64,000 bases of DNA from positions 3,091-67,090 of the forward strand of contig CAXHJY010000943.1 in NCBI GenBank assembly GCA_964016885.1, written 5' to 3'. Positions 18,046 to 31,418 of this stretch are shown here, one piece after another (the first letter of the stretch is position 1; every line of letters starts with the position of its first letter). Source of the stretch: Eledone cirrhosa. Lineage: Eukaryota. The notes beneath the pieces were generated by a model. That model saw only the letters and a program-made list of their open reading frames with translations. It searched no databases and was not told the origin of the DNA. A program made the translations under genes and the position numbers.

Positions 18046-18255
18046 GATAGAGAGAGAGAGATAGAGAGAGAGAGCGAGAGATAGAGAGAGAGAGCGAGAG
18101 ATAGAGAGATAGAGAGAGAGAGCGAGAGATAGAGAGATAGAGAGAGAGAGAGAGCGAGCGATAGAGAGAGAGAGCGAGAGAGCGAGCGAGAGAGAGCGAG
18201 CGAGAGAGAGAGAGCGAGAGCGAGAGAGAGAGAGCGAGAGCGAGAGAGAGAGAGC

Positions 18256-18286
<31 letters not shown>
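18005..18286. repeat. (GA)n compound microsatellite
   Basis: Direct reading. Confidence 0.95.
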
Positions 18287-18289
<3 letters not shown>

Positions 18290-19362
18290 TATTCATATAT
18301 TCACTCGAGATACGTTAAATATAAATATACACCCGCGTGTATATTTATATTTTCCGACTGTATTGTGATAAGTTTTAGTAAATACACAAGGCGTTGAGGT
18401 AATATGTTACGAGGGACTAAACACCTGGCATATATATTTATATCGCTCTTCTAACTCTCTCAAGTATCACGTTTTTCAAATGAATTATACCTTTAACACT
18501 CACCATAGTTATAGAATTATATTCCGATCCAAAAAGGGGTCGAAGTGGTACGGTTGTTAGAATGTCGTATAGAATATTTTGCAGTATTCGTTCCGGCTAT
18601 GTGAGTTTAACGCAACCCCTCACCCCCCTGTGATTAACATTGCATTTCTTTCTTTTGTGGTCAATAAATAAAGTACCACTCTCGTACTTAGCTCGCATCT
18701 TCCTCTATGGCTCTTTCACAAACACACACATTTAACAACCTGAACAGAGAACATATATTTTAAAATATTTAAAATTGATAATCATAATGGTTTTTAATTT
18801 AGGCACAAGGCCAACAATTTGTGTGAAGGGGGGGGGGGAGTTGATTATATCGACTCCAGTATTTTATTTTATCGACCTCAGAAGGATAAAAGGTAAAGTT
18901 GACTTCGGTGGGATTTGAACACAGAACGTAAAGAATTGGAATCAATCCTACTAACCATTTTCCCGGCACTTTAACGACTTTGCTAATCCACCGTCCTTGA
19001 CAATTACTATTAAAAGAACAACAACACTAACGTAGATCTATCCCACTTGACGATACCTCAGGCAAGTGTAATTTACTATACCTCCCAGTTAATCATTTTG
19101 TAATTGAAATTCGGTAGACAGAAGCCGATAGTGGAATGTTTATCTGAACAAAGTCATCATAGTCAATACCTGTCGTAGAATAACTGCAAGGTATTTAATC
19201 ATAAGTCTGTTCTAAAACATTAACCCACGGCTAATAACGACGACAACAACAACAAAAGTAACAAGAGCAAAGTGAACAACAAAATAGCGACAAGAGCAAC
19301 AGCAAACATAGTAAAACAGCAGCAGTAATAAGAACAGCAACAGTGGCAACAATAACAGCAGT

Positions 19363-19456
19363 AGAAGCCACAATAATGGTTTCTTGTATAGGCACACGGC
19401 CAGTAGAAGCCACAATAATGGTTTCTTGTATAGGCACACGGCCAGTAGAAGCCACA
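19363..19456. repeat. 39-bp tandem duplication containing a SINE tail remnant
   Basis: agtagaagccacaataatggtttcttgtataggcacacggcc-type unit about 2.4 times. Confidence 0.85.
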
Positions 19457-20018
19457 ATAATAATAGCAACTGCAGCATCAACAGTGATGATATCAGCAAT
19501 GGTAGAAGGTAGAAGAAAAAGAAAACATCGACGACGACGACGAAGAAGAATAACAAACATAACAACGATAACTACTACATAAGTAGCAGGAACAACAGCA
19601 ACAGCAACAACAACAGCAACAGCAGCAGCACTTATAACAGTACTTATAACAGTACTTATAACAGTACCAGAAACAACAATATTAACAACAGCAACAACAG
19701 TAAAAACAATAACAGTAACAACAATAACAATATCAACAGCAGCAATAATGGCAACATGAAGAGGTTGAAGTAAGAGGCGAAGCTCTGGTCACGGTAACCT
19801 CTTTCATATTGTCTGTGACGTTTCTACAAATATTTTTCTGAATCTATAAACTTGATGTCATTATCTATTGCATTATTTAACATGCTAAACTACTGACGAT
19901 AACAACAACACCAACAAGATAGGCCTCCATCGGTTGAGAAGATACTTGTTCCAGGTATTCGATCAATAGAACAGCCTTCTCGTGAAATCACCGTGCAAGT
20001 GGTTGAGTATTCCACTAC

Positions 20019-20298
20019 TACTACTTTGACGATAAACTTCGCTAGTTGCAGACTGCTCATCAACATGAGCTATTTTTCTCCGCAAAGTTTGATCACCAAC
20101 AGCGGAGTTTAAAGTGCATAGATCACGTCCAGTCCATAAGTTGAGATTATGAAGCAATCGTTTTGGCTGCCAGCCTCTGCTTCTCTTACCAGCCAACCTT
20201 GCTTCCAGGCATAACCTACTCACACCGCGAGTTGATCTTTTTATATGACCGTATAGTTTGAGTACTTTTGACTTGACAATTGATTTAATTGTTCTAAG
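20019..20298 (-). mobile_element. 5'-truncated RTE-clade LINE fragment with 8-bp TSD, inserted into an older SINE
   Basis: Translates to LKLYGHIKR...LCLEARLAGKRSRGWQPKR (RTE C-terminal G..RGR.R motif, degenerate); tccactac at 20011-20018 and 20299-20306; short (GTA)n tail. Confidence 0.8.
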
Positions 20299-20984
20299 TC
20301 CACTACAAGTGTACCTTTAATGTAATTCACAGGGAGATTATGTGCGACAATGTGTGGTAAGACTGACCCTTTGAATTACTGGTTCAGATTTCCCATAGTT
20401 TCTGTCTATCCTATTGATATTACGTGGTTTGTGAAAGATACATGAGAAAATATAGAATCAAATCCAGGGCCTTCTATTCCTGTTTGTGGAACCCCGCCTT
20501 GGTTGAGCTCCAGCTCTTTTGATTTTAGTCATGTCAAGGGTGTAGACATACTCACCACCCTTGGCCAATTGCAGGTTGAGGAGGCTATTTAACTGTTTAG
20601 ATTTTTGTGCTGCTGGGTTTCCACTTACCCTCCTCACCAGACAGGGTCTGGTGGGGGAGCCGGTTTAGTCGTTGACCACTCGACCATGAAACAGGTTCTA
20701 CTGGGTTATATGGTACCAGTAATAGGTAGAAACCTGACCTGACCTGACCTTGAGAAAATATAGTTTGGAATCAATGACTGGGTGATGGTCGTGGATGGAA
20801 AACATTTGATCATAGAACTGCTTTATCATAGCTGAGCTGGATGCTAAATAACAACATTAACAGTGGTGGTAACAACTTCAGCAACAGACATGATAGAACA
20901 GTAGTAGTAACCACGTTACCAACAGTTATAACAACTACATCACTATTGATAATAACTATAGTTACAACAGCAATCACAGCAACC

Positions 20985-21628
20985 ACAACAATAAACTCAA
21001 CAACAACTACAACAATAAACTCAACAACAACCACAACAATAAACTCAACAACAACCACAACAATAAACTCAACAACAACCACAACAAACTCAACAACCAC
21101 CACAACAATAAACTCAACAACCACCACAACAATAAACTCAACAACAACCACAACAATAAACTCAACAACCACCACAACAATAAACTCAACAACCACCACA
21201 ACAATAAACTCAACAACCACCACAACAATAAACTCAACAACCACCACAACAATAAACTCAACAACCACCACAACAATAAACTCAACAACCACCACAACAA
21301 TAAACTCAACAACAACCACAACAATAAACTCAACAACAACCACAACAATAAACTCAACAACAACCACAACAATAAACTCAACAACAACCACAACAATAAA
21401 CTCAACAACAACCACAACAATAAACTCAACAACAACCACAACAATAAACTCAACAACAACCACAACAATAAACTCAACAACAACCACAACAATAAACTCA
21501 ACAACCACAACAATAAACTCAACAACAACTACAACAATAAACTCAACAACAACCACAACAATAAACTCAACAACAACTACAACAATAAACTCAACAACCA
21601 CCACAACAATAAACTCAACAACAACCAC
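20985..21628. repeat. 24-bp minisatellite (acaacaataaactcaacaacaacc), about 26 copies, inside a CAA/CAG-rich low-complexity region
   Basis: Direct reading; two 21-bp deletion variants. Confidence 0.95.
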
Positions 21629-23447
21629 AGCACTTCCAGAAACAGTAGCAGTAACTACGTCAACAGCAACAACAGCGACAACAACGACAATATGAACATC
21701 AACAATATCAAAGAGAATAGCAATAATAGCAACAACTGCTGCTGTAATAACACAGTTATAGCAACGACAACCATAATACGAACAACATCAACATCAGCAG
21801 AGACCGGCATAATATCATCAAAAATAACATTAACAACAATTACAGAAGCAACAACAACAGCAGCAGCAACAAGACCACAAGTAACAGCAGCAATAACAAT
21901 AACAATAACAGCAAAAATAACGGCGACCACAACATTAGCACAAACAACTTCAGGAACAACAGCAAGCATAATATCATCAAAAACAACATTAGCCTTAACA
22001 GCAGCAACAGCAGAACATCAATGGACATATAAACAGAAGCAACAGCAGTGGTAGCATTTGACAGCAACAATAACAACCAGAATATCAGCAGAAACATGCA
22101 TAATATCATAAAATATTGCATACGCCACAACAACTACAACAGCAGCAGTAGTATCAACAATAACAATTACAGCATTAACAACAACACACGTAGTAATGGT
22201 ATCAAGAGATATAACAAGAAAACAATCACAATGGTTATTTATTCCGAGAATACACAAAGCACAGTATGTGTATACCATCAATGATAGTAATAGCAGTGAT
22301 AAATATACTGGTGTTGATTCATTTTGTTGCCACAAGAGATATGAATAAACGGTCGCAACATCTTGAAAGAAGAATTATTAAATAGCAGAATTAGGGGGAA
22401 AAAACAAACATAAAAGGCATATAATAGAATAATGGTAATGCCAATAATAAGTTATTTATCACTGTCATAACAGTTAAGTATATTCCTATTGCATATTACT
22501 AGTACTTATAATTACTTATACTACATTACATATATAACTTCTGGAAATAAAAACCAAATCTCATACAAATCACATCGTAACATCTTTAAAAGGAATGTAC
22601 ATATTGACGAATGTAGTCATGGATATATTATTTCTGAATAAAAGACAAATGAAATAACTGATTTGGTGATGTAATGTTTCCACCATTAATTATAAGAGCT
22701 CTGTGATATTATGCCACCATTATGTATTTCAGATCTAATGTGTGGCCGAGTGGTTATGGCTTTGGGCTCACGATTTCTGGACTGGACGATGCATTGTGTT
22801 CACAGTATAACATTAGATTAGGAAAATAAATTCAAAATAAATTGCAGGAAGGAAACGGTATTGTTTTGGGATGAGTTGTAGATGTAAACATAAGAAATCG
22901 GGAAAATGTGATTCTGTCAGTTGAAATGAAATAAAGAGACTTTCTAAATATTCAAGACAGTTGTCAAACACACACCATACGTAATGATGCGTGGACATTT
23001 TAGAAATGCCTTACCTGACAACGAGAATATTGGTAAGCTTGAATATAATTCACTGCAGGAATACTCCATTAACACTATCTATCTACTTGCTTTGGCCTCA
23101 CTGTCCGACAGTGCACACTCCGTTAATTATAACAATTATCCGACATTGGCCCTTCGTTATATATTTAAAATTCAACACTTAGCCTAATGGTTACGGTGTT
23201 GGATTCACGATCATAAGGCCGAAAGCTAGGTACCTGAACCAGGAGATGGTTTGTTTTCTTGAGCAAGACGCTTTATTTCATACTGCTTTTCATAAGACCG
23301 AGGTCTCTATGACTAAAAACACACGAAAAACCTCCGAGCTGCAATATCGTAGGAGTCAAGCTAAACCTGTATAGATATGACCAGTAAATTTCATTTTTGT
23401 TTTAACATGAAGTCGTTCAATCAATCCCAAATCGTAAGCAGCCCTGA

Positions 23448-23936
23448 GACTAAATATTTAGTATTTTAACAGTAATAAATCCAATTTATTCCTGTCTAAC
23501 CGGTATGTTGCCGGATATAAACAGTAAATACTAACGCACACACACACATATATATATATAAGTTTATCCCGGGTAACCACAGTAAATAACGTACTCAATA
23601 CAAAGCAGAGTATAAATATTTAATATAGAAAAGGCTTCTACAAAACTAGAACTTTTTCATTCGGGAGAAATCATGATGATTTCTCCCAAATGAAAAAGTT
23701 CTAGTTTTGTAGAAGCCTTTTCTATATTAAATATTTATACTCTGCTTTGTATTGAGTACGTTACTTACTGTGGTTACCCCCGATTGAACCCGGGATAAAC
23801 TTATATATATATGTGTGTGCGTGCGTTAGTATTTACTGTTTATGTCCGGCAACATACCGGTTCGACAGGAATAAATTGGATTTATTACTGTTAAAATACT
23901 AAATATCTAGTCCTGTAGAAGCATTTTCTATATTAA

Positions 23937-23940
<4 letters not shown>
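23448..23940. mobile_element. 465-bp near-perfect palindrome built from family B mini-element plus flanking DNA
   Basis: Arms 23448-23674 and 23678-23912; core homologous to 55965-56148; an extra element piece at 23907-23940 runs into (TA)n. Confidence 0.9.
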
Positions 23941-23967
<27 letters not shown>

Positions 23968-24014
23968 AAATATTAGGAAATAATAGACACAAATATGCCT
24001 ATTTTTTCTTCAAA

Positions 24015-24089
24015 GTCCCGACTGCAGTTTCGCCGATCTGGGTGCATCGATTCTGCACTTTAAAAGTGCATCATCGCTTATCAAGAGAC
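24015..24089 (-). ncRNA. Type-I hammerhead ribozyme, U3-A8 core variant, in a TA-flanked insert (about 23963-24370)
   Basis: Minus strand GUCUC-UUGAUAA-gcgau...aucggc-GAAA-CUGCAG-UC-GGGAC; 5-bp stem I, palindromic stem III, GUC site. Confidence 0.8.
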
Positions 24090-24429
24090 CCCTCAGAAAA
24101 AAGGCTTGTTTCTCGACGCGTTTATAGCAAGTGAGAAAGACTCATAGGAGGAGGGAGATATTAACACGTGATACAGTGGTAAAGAAAAAAAGGATTGTTT
24201 CTTTCGTTGCAAGTGAGAATTTCTTGAGAGGTGAGGAGAGATATAAACACATGAAACAGTAGTCACAGAAGGGTAGTAAGGTGGACAGTGAGTGAACGAC
24301 ATATTTGCTAGAAAAAGCAGTTAGTATACTCGTGGTTAATTCGACGACAGGGGGGGTTGGGACAATATAATAATGAAATACACACACATATCCATATGTA
24401 TATGTGTGTGTGTGTTGTCCGCCTTAACA

Positions 24430-24469
<40 letters not shown>

Positions 24470-26633
24470 TAAAAGGAATTCCAACTTTGTCTGATTTACT
24501 TGTTTTATTTACAATCCTTTAAAATTATAATGATATTATAATGAAATAGTATGGTAGAATGTTAAATGAACAAGTACTTCCATGCTTTCGCAATCTTCAG
24601 GTTTGAAGATTGCGCTCACAAGATTTTGGTGAACTCGAGAGTATGGCAAATATACTTTTACTAGATGTCCTGCAGTGGGAACGAACTCTGGCCTCCCCCA
24701 TTTAGAATTGAGCTTATTAACTACTGAGTTATTCCCGCGTTCAATTAATAACATAAATGCTGTATTGAAAAAGTAGAAATTGCCTTACATTCAAATACAC
24801 ATCCATCATAAGGGACGGGATGATTAACTCCTAATGAAATCGTAGGAGCACCCACATGACACACAGTATGTCTTTGGTATATTAAACATTATGAAACCCG
24901 TCTTTCTCCAGGTCAGAACACGACCAATTTATTCCAACGTAGGAGAGAACGTGAGAGAATGTGTTGAAGAAAGATAGATAAAGAATGTATCTCAGTAGTA
25001 CTGGTATGCTTATTTATTGACCCCCAAAACGATGAAAACCAAAGTAGGCCACGTTAGGATTTGAACTCACAGCGCAGTGGGTCACTTTAAATCTGACACC
25101 CTTACAACTTCCAATTTACTGCAAACATTCATCACATCTCAATTAAATTGATTTTTCTAGAAAACTTCGGAACATAGGCGGTTTATGTTATTACAACAGT
25201 CTATTTATAGACCACTACTCTTAATAAGGTTTTAGTGAAGATTGATTCATTTAGAATATATAACTTAGATAGTGATGCCTTTTTAATTGGGCAGCCAAAG
25301 AAATAGTCTTTAAATTCATCAACATTATTTCCCTTCACTGAAATTGGACGATTTAATTATGTTGTTATTGAATAGAGAAAAATGTACAATGACACCTTAT
25401 TGAATTGCATACAACAATGTTCAATTATTCAAACTATAAAGTATGGTTAAGTCAGGATAATTAAGGAGCATACTGAAATATATCAATTTAAATATTTTGA
25501 TGTGTTTCAACATTTTTATGAGTAAAATATTAATTTAATTTCAAATTACTATGAATAAGTTATTTTATATATATATAACGGTTTCTAAATTAGACACAAC
25601 GTTATCGATTTTCAAGGGAAAGGAACGTTAATTATATCGACCTCGGAATGTTGAAAGACAAAGTTGACTTCTAATGGTTTTGAACAGAGAACGCTGCTTT
25701 AGTTATCGTATAAAAAAAAACCAGCGTTCTAATTGCATATAACTAATGAATAGAAAAGATCATTCTAGACATTCATACATTATACGAATGATTGTAGTTA
25801 CTTAACCCTGATTATTCGGTGTTTTATGTACATACTATATATATTACTCAATTTATCTTTCCTTTCTACAAGTGTAAAGTTTCCGCTGACTCAATTTCAT
25901 TCACAAGTGTTGGATCGACCCAGAGCTGTGGTAAACACACATGACCAAGATTTCACGCACTGTGTTTGAACTTAGAACCTCATGATTATTAAGCCAATCT
26001 TTTACTCACTCGGCCATGCATGAAAAAGACTCGGAACACAGATGTTGAAAATGTTCAAATTCAAAAGAGTAAGACAAATATATGATATTGTGGGCCGAAA
26101 AAACCCGACAACCTTGAGTTAAGTATGATGCTGTATCTTGTGGAGATAAAATTGTACAATTGAATAGATATGAATAGATATGTATCAAACAAACAAAATA
26201 TTATCCGAAACGCTATGATTATGGAAAGTTTAAAAGAGCAAAATGGAAATGAACCGAATATCTGATCGGACCAAGGAAACTATGTTCCCATTAGTATATG
26301 ATGCGACATTCTAACGGTGTTTTGATCGATGTTAAACCTCTGCCTCCCGGTGTGTGTGTGCTGAAAGTATCTTCCGGATGCATCTCCTGGCATGAGGAAG
26401 AAGGATTTGAACTCAGATTCACAAAGTCGGATCAAATACTACAAAGCATACCGTCCAACTGTCAGTCCACCACTCATGGATCAATATTTTATTATTTATT
26501 TATCCTGAAAGAAGTTAATGCAAAGTTAGACTCAGCGATATTTGAACGCAGCGGGCAATAAGCCGCAGAAAATTCCAAACTACTTTTAATCCAATATCCT
26601 AAGAACTAGCTCATATTAATTTCAATATATTTA

Positions 26634-26808
26634 TTGGCAGTATCGGTAGAGGGTCGGACGCCATGCTTTCAAGCATAGTTACGTCCCTTTACGATCTGAG
26701 TTCAAATCCCGCCGAGGTTGACTTTGCCTTTCTTCCTTACGGGGTCGATAAAATAAAGTACCAGTAATGCACTGGGTAATTGCTGGCCTTGTGCCTAAAG
26801 TAGAAAGA
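26634..26808 (+). mobile_element. SINE-A with 19-bp TSD
   Basis: B-box-like gttcaaatcc; TSD attaatttcaatatattta at 26615-26633 and 26809-26827. Confidence 0.92.
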
Positions 26809-26963
26809 ATTAATTTCAATATATTTATGACGTGAAATTTAGAATTTCAAAAATTCCCTGTTAAATAAAACATTATTACAACACTAAACACTATCAGAAA
26901 CAAATTGTTACCGCTAAGACATAAAACGGCAGACATTCGTGATAATAATGCAATCACCAGACA

Positions 26964-27142
26964 TTGGCAGTATCGGTAGAGGGTCGGATGCCATGCTTTC
27001 CAGCATAGTTACGTCCCTTAACGATCTGAGTTCAAATCCCGCTGAGGTTGACTTTGCCTTTCATCCTTACGGGGTCGATAAAATAAAGTACCAGTAATGC
27101 ACTGGGTATTTGCTGGCCTTGTGCCAAAAAGTAGAAACAATT
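26964..27142 (+). mobile_element. SINE-A copy
   Basis: Near-identical to 26634-26808. Confidence 0.92.
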
Positions 27143-27524
27143 AAATACACACTTCATTTCTGGCAGTGGGCTTATTTCTTTTGTTTTAAATTGGTGCTCA
27201 TTATATTATATCGCTTAAATTAAAATCTTACCAGATATTTTATTCATTCGCACATATATATAGAGAGGGAGAGAGAGATGTGTGGAAGATAAGATTTAAT
27301 TTCCTGCTGATTCTAATTCGTTAATGATCAAATGTATACAAAAGAATATTTTGTAAATGCCTGATTAGTATAAAAATAAAACAAAACCGACAATAATTCT
27401 AATTATTTTTCAAATATCTGTCAGTGTTTCAAGATTTTTTTATGCTTATATAAATATATATATATATATATATAAAGAATGAATAATAACAGGTAGACAT
27501 CATAAAAAGGTAATTTATTCCGTG

Positions 27525-27636
27525 TGCTTACAAATGTTTCCACGGTGGTACTACAGCCTAGTTATGCTATGTGCAAATTTACAAGTATTTGCAGAACTCA
27601 AATATCCAATGCTGTGACCACTGTATCCTCAGAGCA
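27525..27636 (-). ncRNA. Type-I hammerhead with long branched stem II, inside TA-flanked insert 27474-27692
   Basis: Minus strand UGCU-CUGAGGA-uacaguggucacagc...gcuguaguaccaccgug-GAAA-CAUUUG-UA-AGCA, followed by AAUAAA and (AU)n. Confidence 0.8.
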
Positions 27637-28782
27637 GAATGGTAAAATGTACAATGTAAATACCATTACTACATCTTGGATAATCCTATACCTAATATAT
27701 ATATATATATACATTGTTGTTTTCGTTTACTTTTCGGATATATATATATATATGTGTATATATATAAAGGTTTAAGAATTTTAACTGCATGGAGTTCGTG
27801 ATATGAATATACTCGTATATGAAAAACAAAAGTACCTTCAGATAATGTAATTAAATGGGATAGAAAGTACATCCATGCCATCAGCTATTATTTGAATCGG
27901 AAGTACAACAAACTAGAAGAAGGCATGGGACGAAAATATATGAAAAATATAGGTCGGATGTCCTTAGATAGGGAAGGAGGTAGCCAAGAGACGCTGACGA
28001 GAACAATGGTCTTACAACCGATATAACTTAAACAGAAACAATAATGAATGTTCAAGTGATATCAGAAATTGTAATAGGTGCACAACGATTAAGTGTAAAG
28101 AAAGATATATCTCATAAGTGAAAAGGGATAATTCACCATTTCTCATCATCTCTCGTCAGTTTCGTAGTCACAGACAGAAATGAAGATGGTAAAACGGCCA
28201 AAGATTCGTAGATTAGACTCTATGAAAAAAAAAAGGGGGGTGGGGTTAAGAAAAGGGAATATTTGATATTTTGATAACAAGAGATATGTTTCATAGAATT
28301 ATAGCTGTCAGAAAAATACGGAACAATAAATAGTACAGAATTAACAGGTTAATTTTAAATGCGAACAATACTGAACGTGAACATTTCCAATAAATTTGAA
28401 TATGACAATTTCCTCCTCGCAGATATAAGAATTTTCAAATTAAATCAGTTTTAAATATAAAACAACATCTGTTTTAATAATAGTATGCTTTGAAAATTAT
28501 ATACGTCTGAAACATTGATATTTTTTTTTTATATATTTTCTGCGATTCTTTCTTATTGTTGAGTTAAATTTATATTCAACATGCCTCTGGTAATGAATAC
28601 CATATTATTTACATCGTCGACACAGAATTCATTAAAACAATATTAACTAAAAATATGAGTGAATACATTGATATGCAATGTTAAACCTGAATAATCTAAC
28701 CGATTTATGCATATACAAAATAGCAGTTATTTGTTAACCGGCTTATTTTTCTTTTTTTACAAAACCGGCTGTATTTCAATTA

Positions 28783-29064
28783 TCTATATATCTAAAACAG
28801 AGAATGTCTGTCTGTGTGTCTGTCTGACTCTCTAGAACTCGAGAACCATCCAACCGATTGTTTTCAAACTTTACACATGTAATACTTACAGTCCTGTGAG
28901 TGTTTTGAGCAAACAATATTTCAAATTTTCAATGCCCTGGGCACCGCATTAGGTGATTTCGCTATCTCTCTCTATAATTCTTAGTTTTTTTTTAGATAGA
29001 TACATAGATATAACGTTGCGCCCTTATAATATCTGTCTGTATGTCTGCATTACGACATTATGAC
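28783..29064 (+). mobile_element. 5' part of non-autonomous Helitron (same family as 30069-30727)
   Basis: A|TCTATATATCTAAAA start, (GTCT)n, about 280 bp homologous to the reverse complement of 30441-30727; no clear 3' end. Confidence 0.8.
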
Positions 29065-29199
29065 GGGTGTGGGTGTGCGCGTGCGTGCGTGCGTGCGTAT
29101 GTATGTGTGCGTGCGTGTGTGTGTAACGTTTTTCGAAATATTTACTTCTGCGTTCACAGATTCATATTTTTCGTTTTCTCTTTCTGTTTTCCTAGATTA

Positions 29200-29505
29200 A
29201 ACTGCCTCTCTGAGACTCTTCAGTCACTGTGTCGTCACATATGTGCTTTCTCCGTACCATTACTACAATGGAATGATCCTCGGAGATTGCTGAACTCATG
29301 CTACCTTCCTTTATGGCCTCCTGACTCCCTCCTCTTCCCTCAGTTCATCCCATTGGTCGTGGACACCTCTTCTCTAGTCCACTCACTCGCAGTCATTCTT
29401 GCCAAGAACATTGTTTCATTCCTCCGCAAATCCCTCTCTGATCATGTCTTTCGCAAAGAAGTGAAACCACAACAGTTTAAACAGATCATCAATGCCATTA
29501 ATCTC
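29200..29505 (+). pseudogene. Degenerate CR1/L2/Daphne-type LINE ORF2 C-terminus
   Basis: Across frameshifts reads LQSL.R, YHYYNG, EIAELMLP, VHP, SFLPRT, SLSDHVF, QFKQIIN. Confidence 0.6.
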
Positions 29506-29855
29506 TACGGTTACAGAGGGCCAGTGAAACCGTAGGCACTAACCTTCCAATAGCCTTTAGTTAGTTCGGCCGGGTTTACATTAGCCCTACCAAGTACAAA
29601 AGGAAAAATTCTGCTATCCCGTCACACTAATAATGGTCACAAAGTCAACAAACCTGGGTGAAGGAAAATCAATTAAATTGACCCAGTGCGTTAATGGTTC
29701 CATATTTTATCGACCCTGTAAGGACGAAAAGCAAAGATAACCTCGGCGGGATTTGAAATCAGAATGTAAAGGGCCGTTACGATAAGAATTTTTACGATTA
29801 AATATTTTGTCCAATGCTCTATCAATATTACTAACCAAAGCCATTATATCTAACA

Positions 29856-29965
29856 CAAATCCCGCCGTGGTTAAGTTTGCCTTTCATCCTTACGGGGTCG
29901 ATCAAATAAAGTACCAGCAATGTATGGGTAATTGCTGGCCTTGTGCCAATAGTAGAAACAATTAT
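29856..29965 (+). mobile_element. 5'-truncated SINE-A copy (older minus-strand SINE at about 29660-29840)
   Basis: caaatcccgccg...ggccttgtgccaatagtagaaacaatt. Confidence 0.8.
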
Positions 29966-30068
29966 AACTAACAACATATATAATACTATTTATAAAACAA
30001 TAGACGTCTTAACGTAAACAAAGGTGAATAGTAGCGTAGGAAATAGTAGTCTAATAAATTATAGTCAA

Positions 30069-30727
30069 CTAGCAGAATGGCCCGGCATTGCTCGGGATTC
30101 TAAACATAGATTGGCATGTTTATCCCTCCTTTATGAAACAGTACAGATAAGTACGGAATACCTCGGCCTCGGGCTGGTGTCTACATTTTGCGCTTATAAA
30201 AGAAATTCGTCGTAGATTACCAGGGTTTTTTTCAATACTTTATCGCGAAATAAATACTTTTGTTTATATTTTGTTATTGTGTATGCAAAAATATGCGGCG
30301 TTGCTCGGGATTTGCTCTAGGGTTCTTAAATATTTGATATATATCTATCCTTATTGAGCCTCGTGAAATAAATACGTTTGTTTATATTTTGTTATTTTGT
30401 ATGCAAAAATATCTGTACACGAATATATACACACATATAGCGTCAAAATGTCGTGATGCAGACATCCAGACATACAGACAGATTATAAGGGCGCAACGTT
30501 ATATCTATGTATCTATCTAAAAAGAAAGACTAAAAATTATAGAGAGAGATGGCTAAATCGCCTAATGCGGTCCCGAGGGGATTGAAAATTTGAAATATTC
30601 TTTGCTCAAAACACCCACAGGACTATAAGTATTACATGTGTAAAGTTTGAAAACAATCGGTTGGGTGGTTCTCGAGTTTTAGGGAGTCAGACAGAGAGAC
30701 AGACATTCTCTGTTTTAGATATATAGA
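30069..30727 (-). mobile_element. Complete non-autonomous Helitron
   Basis: Minus strand A|TC start at 30727; 3' subterminal hairpin cccgagcaatgccggg and CTAG|T end at 30069; internal duplication with a second hairpin-like motif near 30296-30312. Confidence 0.88.
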
Positions 30728-31418
30728 TAAGAATCTAAGAAAAAACGACATTTCTAAGTTGATTGATGTCTTCGACATAACAGCAGTTATTACAGTGTTT
30801 CATTTGGCGATATCATTTCACTTATACAAGTTTAACAGAAAGGCCATTCACATATATATTATAATAGTTCTACAAGTGTTTTCTGTTTTTGGCTTTCACG
30901 CGAACACTATGGGCAGACAAAAATCACCCCAAAGTATTTATTTAGTATTCATGAAATCTAAGCACACAAAAATACAGGAATTTCCTAAAGTTTTTCATTC
31001 ATGACAGAACCAATTGCTAAGCATACATTGTAAGAGTAAATACACATACATACACACACATGGGGAGGATGAGGTTTAGCATCGATAAAAACACCGTTAG
31101 AATGTCACATCATATACTAACCACTAAGCCTAGAAAACAGTCCACAGAACAAATCTCTACATGATACGGGTAATCTCGTGAGAAATGTCAAGAAGTTTCT
31201 TGAAAAATATCTCCTGAATGATGACTAAAAACTCACATCCAGGGAAATTTCACACTGCAAGAAATCAACGGATGAAAAGCAGTATGATTGTTATGTTGTC
31301 AGAAATCTTCAAAGTCAGAGTAATATTGATAACGAATGGTGTCTATCTTGGACCAACAACTGCAATAGTAGCTCTCACTTTGAAGAATATGCTCTTGCAA
31401 TCCAAGAACAAGAAATAA

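Noticed and set aside
20810-21695. Mucin-like TTTTINST ORF with N-glycosylation sequons
   Set aside because: Open on both strands because of a 24-bp minisatellite; no splice sites or flanking coding context recognised.
24575-24622. 11-bp hairpin with CUGAAGA and GAAA on the minus strand
   Set aside because: No convincing stem I or UH cleavage triplet.
27525-27690. Possible minus-strand exon (ag...gtaagc)
   Set aside because: Stops in all three frames; better explained as a hammerhead element.
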